NCBI GenBank assembly: GCA_020057405.1
Contig: JAGVFW010000004.1
Coordinates: forward strand, 121,660-185,659
DNA length: 64,000 bases
Reading direction: 5' to 3'
Origin: an archaeon
Lineage (GTDB): Archaea; Micrarchaeota; Micrarchaeia; Norongarragalinales; UBA97
Shown here: positions 56,895 to 64,000 of the stretch, in pieces
Layout of the letters: each line of letters opens with the position of its first letter
Numbering within the stretch: the stretch's first letter is position 1
Notes under the pieces: generated by a model
Told to the model about the DNA's origin: nothing
The model's database searches: none
The model's input: only the letters and a program-made list of their open reading frames with translations
Program-made: the position numbers and the translations under genes

Positions 56895-57233
56895 TTACAC
56901 CTTCTTTGAAGCGCGTTCAATGATTACGAGGTTGCTTGGCTGCATGGGAACGAGCTTCTCGCGGCCCGACTGCATGCGCGTGACAACGCCCTCGACCTTA
57001 ACTTTCAGGGTAGAATAGTCAACGTCAGTCACAAGGCCGCTTGCGCCCTTAAACGATCCCATCATCACTCGGACCTTGTCGCCCTTGTGGACCAGAACAT
57101 TGCGCTTCTTGAGCGACTTTCGAAGGTCTTTAGCAAGGTGGACGGACATGAGCGGCCGCCTTGCGTGAAGGGGCGCCTGGTTAACCGACTTGCGCTGCTT
57201 GCGCGGCTGCTTTGAAACGTTTGACTTCTTCAT
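56895..57233 (-). CDS. rpl24: Ribosomal protein uL24
   Basis: SKQPRKQRK, APLH and KGDKVRVMMG motifs. Confidence 0.94.
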   Translation of the reverse strand: MKKSNVSKQPRKQRKSVNQAPLHARRPLMSVHLAKDLRKSLKKRNVLVHKGDKVRVMMGSFKGASGLVTDVDYSTLKVKVEGVVTRMQSGREKLVPMQPSNLVIIERASKKV

Positions 57234-57235
57234 TT

Positions 57236-57634
57236 TTAGACCACACTGGATGCGATTGCGACTACTTTGGGAAAGCGCTCGGCGATTTCGCGGGCGGCTG
57301 CGCCCTTGATTTCGGTTGCCTTGGGCAATCCGTTCTCGTCAATGATTGTGCAGGCGTTGTCCTCGAAGCGCACGCGCTCTTTTCCGCGGCGGAACTCCTT
57401 TCGCTGGCGGATGATTAGGGCGCGCTCTTTCTTCTTGACCATCTCGGGCTTGCCTTTCTTCACTGCGACAATGACGACGTCGCCGATGCCGGCTGAAGGT
57501 TGCCTGCGCAAGCGAGGGCGGGTGGCAAGCACGCCGATGACTTCGACGATTTTCGCACCGCTGTTGTCATCGCAGATTAGCTGCGTGCCGGTCATGATGC
57601 CTTTGGAAATCTTTGCTGCAACTGCGAGGGCCAT
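57236..57634 (-). CDS. rpl14: Ribosomal protein uL14
   Basis: DNSGAK, VKKG and FEDNA motifs. Confidence 0.95.
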   Translation of the reverse strand: MALAVAAKISKGIMTGTQLICDDNSGAKIVEVIGVLATRPRLRRQPSAGIGDVVIVAVKKGKPEMVKKKERALIIRQRKEFRRGKERVRFEDNACTIIDENGLPKATEIKGAAAREIAERFPKVVAIASSVV

Positions 57635-57934
57635 TTATTCAAGCACCTTTGTGACGACGAATGCCTTGGTCTTCGAGAGCTTCCTGCACTCGTCGATGCG
57701 CACCTTGCTGCCTACGAGGACTTTTCCAAGCAGGCACTCGGGAACGTGGGCATGGATCTTGCTGCGGCGCTTTTCAAAGCGCTCGTACTTCGCAACGCGC
57801 CGAAGCATCGGAATCTCGACGACAATCGTTTTTTTGGACTTTGCGTTCTTGACAACGCCTTCCTTTACCGCACCGCGAGTCTTTAGCCCGCCGTGCATTG
57901 GGCAACGGTAGTCATTACAGTCTTTTTCAGTCAT
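57635..57934 (-). CDS. rps17: Ribosomal protein uS17
   Basis: CPMHG, KYERFEKR and ECRKLSKTKAF motifs. Confidence 0.94.
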   Translation of the reverse strand: MTEKDCNDYRCPMHGGLKTRGAVKEGVVKNAKSKKTIVVEIPMLRRVAKYERFEKRRSKIHAHVPECLLGKVLVGSKVRIDECRKLSKTKAFVVTKVLE

Positions 57935-57941
57935 TTTTGCA

Positions 57942-58286
57942 TCAAATCCTATTGTACAACTTCTTTGTCCTGTCCTGAGGCCGGTGCAACAGCAACTTGC
58001 CGTCGACAGTCACTCCAGCATCGGGGAAAGCGAAGGTGCAAGAAGTCTTTGAGACCCGCTTGGTGCCTTTCCCGGTGTGCAACACGAACGTGTTGAGTGA
58101 CTCGTCCTCAATGCTCCCTTCCAAGCCCATCAGGGACGGCTCCGCAGAAAACGCGATTTTCACGCGCTTGCCGATGAGTTCCCCGAGCAGGAATTCCTTC
58201 TCTGCCGGCTTGAAACGGGGTTTTCGTGCTTTTGATGACACGAAGACCACTTCAAACAACCAAAATCGCTTCAGGCGGGTAACCAA
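57942..58286 (-). CDS. rnp1: RNase P protein component 1 (Rpp29); start uncertain
   Basis: ELIG, GLEG.I.DES.NT and RPQDR motifs; synteny. Confidence 0.85.
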   Translation of the reverse strand: MVTRLKRFWLFEVVFVSSKARKPRFKPAEKEFLLGELIGKRVKIAFSAEPSLMGLEGSIEDESLNTFVLHTGKGTKRVSKTSCTFAFPDAGVTVDGKLLLHRPQDRTKKLYNRI

Positions 58287-58557
58287 GCTGCACCAGGTAC
58301 TGGCGCACTTTTTCCTTGTGGTCGCCTTGAAGCACTACCCGACCGTCTTTATAGGAACCCCCGCACGCCAACTTGTGCTTGAGTTCCTTGGCGGTCCGCT
58401 CGAGGTCTTCCCCCGAGAGTCCCTCGACGACGGTGACGGGCTTCTTGAACTTCTTTTCCTCGCGATAAACCCTTAATTTTTGCGTGGTTTCCTTCGCGAT
58501 TGTCGTACAAGCGCAAATGTCTTTTGGAAGTCCGCAAACGCTGCAAATCTGTGGCAA
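58252..58557 (-). CDS. sui1: Translation factor SUI1/aIF1
   Basis: CSVCGLPKDIC, LKHKLACGG and LQGDH motifs. Confidence 0.93.
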   Translation of the reverse strand: MPQICSVCGLPKDICACTTIAKETTQKLRVYREEKKFKKPVTVVEGLSGEDLERTAKELKHKLACGGSYKDGRVVLQGDHKEKVRQYLVQLGYPPEAILVV

Positions 58558-58578
58558 GTTTAATTCCTAACCTCTACT

Positions 58579-58785
58579 CTATACTTTTAGCCCGCGTTGG
58601 CTTAAAAGCGTTTTTATGCGCGCCTTTAGCTTTCGCGACTCGGCAAGCTTGCCAGGGTTGCCCGGCCGGCCGCTCGTGTGCTTTTGCGCCGTCTCGCGCT
58701 GGATTTCAAGCTCAAGCTCGGCGAGCTTCTTTTGCATGTCCTCGTTGCCTAGTTCCTTGAGCTGTTTTTTCTTTATGATAGCCAT
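58579..58785 (-). CDS. rpl29: Ribosomal protein uL29
   Basis: NPGKL...ARIKT; synteny. Confidence 0.9.
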   Translation of the reverse strand: MAIIKKKQLKELGNEDMQKKLAELELEIQRETAQKHTSGRPGNPGKLAESRKLKARIKTLLSQRGLKV

Positions 58786-58798
58786 GTCAATCACTCGT

Positions 58799-59479
58799 TT
58801 AGGCCGCTGATGGCTTCTCTTCAACTGCGGGCGCTTCTGGCGCCACTGGTTCGGCTGGTGCCTGGACCACTGCGGGCTTGGCCTCTGGAGGAAGCTGGAT
58901 CTTGTCGGGAAGCTTGGTGCCGGGCGGGAGGATTTTCACGCGGATGCCGATTGCACCTGCCTTGGGATAGGTGGTAAACGCCGCTTTTCGGACAAGCTTC
59001 ATCAGCTCGCCGCTCTTCTTTAGGAAGCCCGAGCGGACGGTAATCGTCTTTGCCTTGCCGCCCTTGCCGACGATCTTGCCGGAGACGCGGATTTCTGCGC
59101 CGAGTGCGCCTGCAGCCATTATCTCACGAAGCGCGATGCGCATCGACTGCTTGACGTTGCCGCGAAGCTCGATTGACTTTGCGATGCGGTGTGCGATGAG
59201 TTTTGAGTCAAGAGCGGGAACTGCGACTTCGATGACTTCGATTTGCGGGTTATCAATGCCGAATTGCTTGAGGTCTGCAGCAAGCTCGTCAATTGCGGTG
59301 CCGCGCTTGCCAACGACGATGCCCGGCTTTTGGACTTCGAGGGTGATTCGGGTGGCAATTGGAGTGCGCTGGATGGTCACGCTGCTTACGCCGGCGCGCT
59401 CGAGCTTGTTCTCAAGGAACGCCTTTACCTCGAAATCGTTAATCGCCTTTTGCAAGAACTTCTTTTCAGTTGCCATCAA
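58799..59479 (-). CDS. rps3: Ribosomal protein uS3
   Basis: PGIVVGKRG and GALGAEIRVSGK motifs. Confidence 0.95.
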   Translation of the reverse strand: MMATEKKFLQKAINDFEVKAFLENKLERAGVSSVTIQRTPIATRITLEVQKPGIVVGKRGTAIDELAADLKQFGIDNPQIEVIEVAVPALDSKLIAHRIAKSIELRGNVKQSMRIALREIMAAGALGAEIRVSGKIVGKGGKAKTITVRSGFLKKSGELMKLVRKAAFTTYPKAGAIGIRVKILPPGTKLPDKIQLPPEAKPAVVQAPAEPVAPEAPAVEEKPSAA

Positions 59480-59492
59480 ATTCCCTCGTTAC

Positions 59493-60206
59493 TTAGCTTT
59501 TTACTTCAGTCTTGTCGGTTGCTTTTGTTTCAGTTGCCTTTGCTTCAGTGGGCTTGGCTTCGGTTGACTTGGCCTCGGCTTTCTTTTCCGCGGCTTTTTG
59601 CTCGGTTTTTGCTTCGACCGTCTTGGTCTCGGCCTTTGCCTTCTCGGCTGCAGCCTTCTTCTCGGCAACTTTTCGCTTCTTCTCTGCGGCCAACACTTTC
59701 TTCGTCTTCTTTGGCGAGGCCTTTAGCCCTTTGGGACCAAGCGCAAGCTCGACGCGGGCAGTAGAGTAGTTTGCAATCATTGAGTTCTTGCCGTAACCGA
59801 GAACCGCGCTTGTGGCAAAGTAGCGCTTGTAGCGGGGAAAGACGTTCTGCTTGTAAGCCTGGGCGTGAACGACCGTGAGTGTCTTTTCGTCAAGGCCCAG
59901 TGACTGCGCGTTGGCAAAGGCGTTTCTCAGCAACCCGAGCACGTACCTGCTTTCGTTTTGCGGGAACCGGCCGCGCTTGCCGCCCAGTTGGCTCTTGTGC
60001 GAAGTGCCTTTTGCGTGGGCGCTGTAGGGCAGCGGCTTCTTCAACGAGAGGGCGTCCTCAAGCACCGAAATTGCCTGGGCGTAGGGCTTGCCTTTCACTG
60101 CACCGCAGACTTGCGTGAGGTCCTTGTAGGAGCAGTTCGCATCGTAGCCCTGCGCGCGGGCGGCCTTGCCGGCGCCAAACTCGAGTGAATAGTCGTAGAA
60201 AGCCAT
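59493..60206 (-). CDS. rpl22: Ribosomal protein uL22 with K/A/E-rich C-terminal extension
   Basis: GRFP and LLRNAFANA..GLD motifs; synteny. Confidence 0.9.
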   Translation of the reverse strand: MAFYDYSLEFGAGKAARAQGYDANCSYKDLTQVCGAVKGKPYAQAISVLEDALSLKKPLPYSAHAKGTSHKSQLGGKRGRFPQNESRYVLGLLRNAFANAQSLGLDEKTLTVVHAQAYKQNVFPRYKRYFATSAVLGYGKNSMIANYSTARVELALGPKGLKASPKKTKKVLAAEKKRKVAEKKAAAEKAKAETKTVEAKTEQKAAEKKAEAKSTEAKPTEAKATETKATDKTEVKS

Positions 60207-60209
60207 TTT

Positions 60210-60596
60210 TTACTTCAGCTCCACGGTCTTGCTTCCGCGGGTGGCGCCAATGCCTGGGCCCGAGTGCTTGACAAGTTTAGTGGTAATCGCGTATTCGCCG
60301 AGCTTGTGGCCCAGCATTTCGGGAGTGCACATGACGGTGACGTACGACTTGCCGTCGTAGACTAGGACCTGCGATTCAAGCATTTCGGGAATGATGACCA
60401 TCTCCCTGAAGTGCGTCTTGTGGACCTTGCCCTTCTTCTTGTCGTCGCGGAACTTCTCAAGGAACTTTCGCACCTGCAGGCCCATGCGGCTTAGCGTGCG
60501 GCGTGCCTTTGAGGGGATGATTTTGAGAAAGTCTGCCAATGGCATGGCTTTCATCTGGTCATTCGTCAATCCATGGTAGTTGAATTTGCGTGCCAC
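60210..60596 (-). CDS. rps19: Ribosomal protein uS19
   Basis: KTHFREM, MLGHKLGE and GIGATRGS motifs. Confidence 0.95.
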   Translation of the reverse strand: MARKFNYHGLTNDQMKAMPLADFLKIIPSKARRTLSRMGLQVRKFLEKFRDDKKKGKVHKTHFREMVIIPEMLESQVLVYDGKSYVTVMCTPEMLGHKLGEYAITTKLVKHSGPGIGATRGSKTVELK

Positions 60597-61331
60597 TTAC
60601 TCTCCTCCTATGTTGCGCTTCGCCTTGCGCCGGCCGGTCGAACTTGCGGCAATGTGGCCGGCTTTTCTACCAGGGGGCGCGTGTCGGCTGACTGCCGTGG
60701 GCCGACCGCCAGTGCGGCCGCCGTACGGGTGGTCATAAGCATTCATTGCGGTACCGCGGACCTTCGGGTACACGCGACCGCGAGCTTTAGCGGCAAAGAA
60801 TGCATTGCCAGCCTTCTTGAATGGCTTTTCAAGACGACCCCCGCCGCTTGCGATGCCGATTGTGGCCATGCACTTGGGCGAGAGGGCAAGGGTGCGCTTT
60901 GAGGGCAGTTGAACGCTGACGATGCCAGTCTCCTCATCATGCGAGACGATGAATGCGCTCGTGCCGCCTGCGCGGGCGACGTGGCCGCCGTCTTGCGGGT
61001 GAATTTCGATGTTGAAAATGGGAGTGCCGTCAGGAATGTTGCCAAGGGGCATGATGCTGCCGATGATGGGCGAGCCTGAAGAGCCTAACGATACCCAGTC
61101 GCCGATTGCGAGGCCCTCGGCTGCGATGCAGAGGATGCGCTTGCCTTCAAGCGACTGAAGTTCTGCTAAAGGCGACGAGCGCCCGACGTCGTCGTGGAGA
61201 GCAATGACCTGCGCCTTTGAGTCTGAAGTGTAGACGCAGGGCTCGTACTGGAGCTTGGCGAAGAACCGGTGTGACGGTACTTCGAAAACTCCGCCCTTGC
61301 CGCGCCTTTGGTGAGTCAGCATTTTACCCAT
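60597..61331 (-). CDS. rpl2: Ribosomal protein uL2
   Basis: MGK...QRRGKG, PKVRG.AMN..DHP.GG and APPGRK motifs. Confidence 0.96.
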   Translation of the reverse strand: MGKMLTHQRRGKGGVFEVPSHRFFAKLQYEPCVYTSDSKAQVIALHDDVGRSSPLAELQSLEGKRILCIAAEGLAIGDWVSLGSSGSPIIGSIMPLGNIPDGTPIFNIEIHPQDGGHVARAGGTSAFIVSHDEETGIVSVQLPSKRTLALSPKCMATIGIASGGGRLEKPFKKAGNAFFAAKARGRVYPKVRGTAMNAYDHPYGGRTGGRPTAVSRHAPPGRKAGHIAASSTGRRKAKRNIGGE

Positions 61332-61341
61332 AGTGCATCAC

Positions 61342-61593
61342 TTAGAGAATCTTGAGCTTGGCTGCAACGTCTGCTGCAGCGCCCTTCTTTAAGAATTTTA
61401 CGCGCGCCTTCTTTCGGCCATCAGCGGTAATCGTGGTCGTGACGTTAGCAACCTTCTCGGAATACTGTGCCTCGACTTCCTTCTTCACATCTGGCTTGGT
61501 CGCATCCCTGGAAACGACAATAGTAAGCGTGTTCTCGCGCTCGATTGCCGAAAGGGCTTTTTCAGTTGCAACGGGGTAGAGGATGACTGCCAT
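61342..61593 (-). CDS. rpl23: Ribosomal protein uL23
   Basis: PVATEKA, ENTL and KKARV motifs. Confidence 0.93.
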   Translation of the reverse strand: MAVILYPVATEKALSAIERENTLTIVVSRDATKPDVKKEVEAQYSEKVANVTTTITADGRKKARVKFLKKGAAADVAAKLKIL

Positions 61594-61598
61594 GTTAA

Positions 61599-62387
61599 TC
61601 ACTCAAACAACTTCTTTGCGCCAAGCTCGCTTATCGCGTCTTTTGTCCAAAGCGTGAGGCGGCCTGCAACTCCGCCCGGAGCGAGCAGTGAAGCGGCAAG
61701 CGCGTCAACGCGCACGGCCTGAACGCCGGGAAGGTTGGCAACCGCCCTTGCGACGCCATTGTCCTTGGCGTAGACAACGAGGACACTTCGGGGGGTTTTG
61801 TAGCCGCCCTTGCGACCTCGAGCGGGCTTGCGGCCCGACTCGGCGCGCATCAGGTCCTTGCCGAAGCCGAGCTTGACAAGAATACTGCGAGCCTGAGCGG
61901 ACTTCTTGATTGACTCGAATGAATTGTCAACAACTACTGGGAGCTTGCCTTCGAAAATGTGGCCGCGCTTCGTCACTACATCCGATTTGCCGGTTGCGGC
62001 GATTGCGCTTCGTACTGCGAGCTTCTTTTCCTTCATGTTGATGCGCTCGATAATCATTTTTTCTGGCTTTGGAGGGTGAGCGCGCCTTCCCTTTACTGAG
62101 TGGGGAACACGGCGGACGCGGCCAAGGCGCATTCCTGCAAGCTTTTCGCGCGGCAAGCGGGACTTGCCGACGTTGATGCTCGCGCGGGGCCGGTGGCGTC
62201 GGCCGAAGTACTCGGCGCTCGTCTGCATGCCTGCGTAAGGCGAGACACCCTTGGGCTGAAAGTCTAGCGTGGCTTCAGCGTGGAAAGCGCGCCTGATTAC
62301 GTCAGGGCGAACGTTTCCGTTAAACTGCACGGGCAGCTCTATTTCACCTGCGTTCTTTCCTTCAAGGTCGAGTACTGGAGTTTTCAT
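61599..62387 (-). CDS. rpl4: Ribosomal protein uL4
   Basis: RPDVI, GRRAHPP and LAPGG..GRLTLWT motifs. Confidence 0.95.
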   Translation of the reverse strand: MKTPVLDLEGKNAGEIELPVQFNGNVRPDVIRRAFHAEATLDFQPKGVSPYAGMQTSAEYFGRRHRPRASINVGKSRLPREKLAGMRLGRVRRVPHSVKGRRAHPPKPEKMIIERINMKEKKLAVRSAIAATGKSDVVTKRGHIFEGKLPVVVDNSFESIKKSAQARSILVKLGFGKDLMRAESGRKPARGRKGGYKTPRSVLVVYAKDNGVARAVANLPGVQAVRVDALAASLLAPGGVAGRLTLWTKDAISELGAKKLFE

Positions 62388-62395
62388 GATTATAA

Positions 62396-63325
62396 TCACT
62401 TGAGTAAGGTTGGTTGCTTGACTGCCATGGGCGCTTCAAGGGCGCGCCTTAGCGTGATGAATCGCTTCCTGGGGCCAGGTACGCTGCCTTTTAGCAAGAG
62501 CAAGTCGGACTTGATTGGGCCGTAGTGGGGGAAAATCTTTGCGGGAGAAACGGTTGCGTCGCCGACTGCGAGCACGCGCTTGTTGCTGTCGGTCCGTCGG
62601 TGGTAGCCGTGCTGGCCTGCCCGCGGGATGGTGTACATGACTTTCGCCTGGCGTTCGCCGCCAATGCTGCCGCCGTGCCTTCGCGACTGGCTGGCCTTTC
62701 TGGGATTGAGTGAAACGCCGTGGCGCTTGATAATGCCCTGCCAGCCGCGGCCGATTGAAACTGCGATGGCGTCAATGAACTCGCCGGGCTTGATGACGTC
62801 GGAGACCCTGACTTCCTTGCCAAGCACGCTCTTTGCGTACTCAAGCTGGGCGTCGGGGGTTCCCGAAATGCCAATCTCAAGCACTTCAGGCGTTTTTTTG
62901 CCGACGGTTGACTTCCACGGCTGCATTGCGGCAAACACGCGGTACTCGTCAAAGCCAGCGAGTTTTGAAACATCACCCGCCTTCTTTGCGGGAGTGATTA
63001 CGCGCTTGAGATTCTTGGGCAAACCAAGGGCGTTGACCTGCGCTGCGGCCTTGATTCCAAAAGTCGTTTTCTTGTAAGCGACGATAGAGCAAATGAAAAG
63101 AGGGGGAACTTCGACAATGGTGACGGGAACAATGATTTCCTGGCCCTTTGTCGCGGCTTCAGTGTCGTCAAGCATCATCACGCTCGACATGCCGGCCTTA
63201 TAGCCAGCAAAAGCGCCCAAGCCTGAACCGTCTTTCGGCCAGCTGCGCACTCGAGGCACTAGCCGCTTTGCACGCGAACGGTGCCAGTATGCCAAAGAGC
63301 CCCGACGGGGACTTCGATCTCCCAT
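62396..63325 (-). CDS. rpl3: Ribosomal protein uL3
   Basis: PRRGSL, GYKAGM, RAGQHGYH and KGSVPGP motifs. Confidence 0.96.
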   Translation of the reverse strand: MGDRSPRRGSLAYWHRSRAKRLVPRVRSWPKDGSGLGAFAGYKAGMSSVMMLDDTEAATKGQEIIVPVTIVEVPPLFICSIVAYKKTTFGIKAAAQVNALGLPKNLKRVITPAKKAGDVSKLAGFDEYRVFAAMQPWKSTVGKKTPEVLEIGISGTPDAQLEYAKSVLGKEVRVSDVIKPGEFIDAIAVSIGRGWQGIIKRHGVSLNPRKASQSRRHGGSIGGERQAKVMYTIPRAGQHGYHRRTDSNKRVLAVGDATVSPAKIFPHYGPIKSDLLLLKGSVPGPRKRFITLRRALEAPMAVKQPTLLK

Positions 63326-63329
63326 CTAA

Positions 63330-63473
63330 TTAGTCACTGCTCACTTTCTTGAGTATTGGAGGAGTCTGCTTGAAGAGTACCTTCGAACCGCAGTAAGGGC
63401 AGCGGCTCGTGGCTGCCGCCATTTCCTCCGACTTGAACTGCTTGTTGCATTTCCAGCAAATGTACAATCCCAT
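63330..63473 (-). CDS. rpoP: RNA polymerase subunit P (Rpo12; absent from ORF track)
   Basis: YICWKC...RCPYCGSKVLFK zinc ribbon. Confidence 0.88.
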   Translation of the reverse strand: MGLYICWKCNKQFKSEEMAAATSRCPYCGSKVLFKQTPPILKKVSSD

Positions 63474-63531
63474 TTTCAAACCAACCTATGAACCGCGATA
63501 GTCATTGAAAGCTGTCCTGAGCGATTGCTTT

Positions 63532-63870
63532 TCAGAACACGTTATACACGAGCGCCGCACCGGCAACCCAGGCAACGGCCATGACAGCCGCGCTTTGGGC
63601 GAGCGACAGACGGAAAGCGAACTGTGCGAAAAGCACCAGAACAACGAGCGCGGCAATCGCGCCCACGAAATCCGTAGATAAGAATACCCCAAGGTCGCTT
63701 AAGAACATTGCGCTTACGAACGTTAGTACAACCAACCCCACTAGAGGAATGCTTTCGGTAACCATACGGGCGCTAGCCCAGATGACCGCCCAAAATGCCA
63801 GAAGCGTTACAATCAGCTGGTCGCCGAAAAGGTACACCACTGACACCGAATAAAAATAGGTTTGGTGCAA
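63532..63870 (-). CDS. Hypothetical multi-TM membrane protein
   Basis: Strongly hydrophobic 112-aa ORF. Confidence 0.6.
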   Translation of the reverse strand: MHQTYFYSVSVVYLFGDQLIVTLLAFWAVIWASARMVTESIPLVGLVVLTFVSAMFLSDLGVFLSTDFVGAIAALVVLVLFAQFAFRLSLAQSAAVMAVAWVAGAALVYNVF

Positions 63871-64000
63871 CTATAAAAAGCCTGCGGCTTGCGGCAAACT
63901 ATGTTCTTCACGGAAACCGTGACACACTTTTTCATAGTTTGAATGCGAAGTATCTTTCGTAGGGTTTTCGGTAGTTTATGCCGCCGTGGGGGCGGCAGTA

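Noticed and set aside
63932-64000. Possible C-terminus of a minus-strand gene (YCRPHGGINYRKPYERYFAFKL)
   Set aside because: Too short at the window edge to identify.

Overview
Archaeal chromosomal window. Gene content, GGTGA Shine-Dalgarno motifs, TTTAAA-type promoters, divergent rRNA and many non-canonical introns suggest a DPANN lineage, possibly Micrarchaeota (inference). It contains: (i) a surface-glycan modification cluster (C26 amidohydrolase, cytidylyltransferase, two carbamoyltransferases) and lipid-carrier genes; (ii) alaS and RNase P RNA; (iii) a minus-strand 16S-tRNA(Ala)-23S operon split by six bulge-helix-bulge (BHB) introns, several in functional centres (16S 530 loop, 23S H69, H84, H89, sarcin-ricin loop), one of which encodes a 95-aa protein with no homing-endonuclease motif; (iv) seven tRNAs, four of which carry a total of six introns; (v) an integron-like array of three small gene cassettes directly downstream of tRNA-Leu(TAG), each bounded by a palindromic site plus a copy of the tRNA 3' end, with no recombinase in the window; (vi) housekeeping genes and the large ribosomal-protein/RNAP superoperon. 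The top candidates for novelty are the tRNA-Leu cassette array, the protein-coding 23S intron, substitutions at near-invariant peptidyl-transferase-centre positions, and a 9-aa MAAKKKKKK micro-ORF. All alignments, pairings and E. coli numbering were done by eye from memory.
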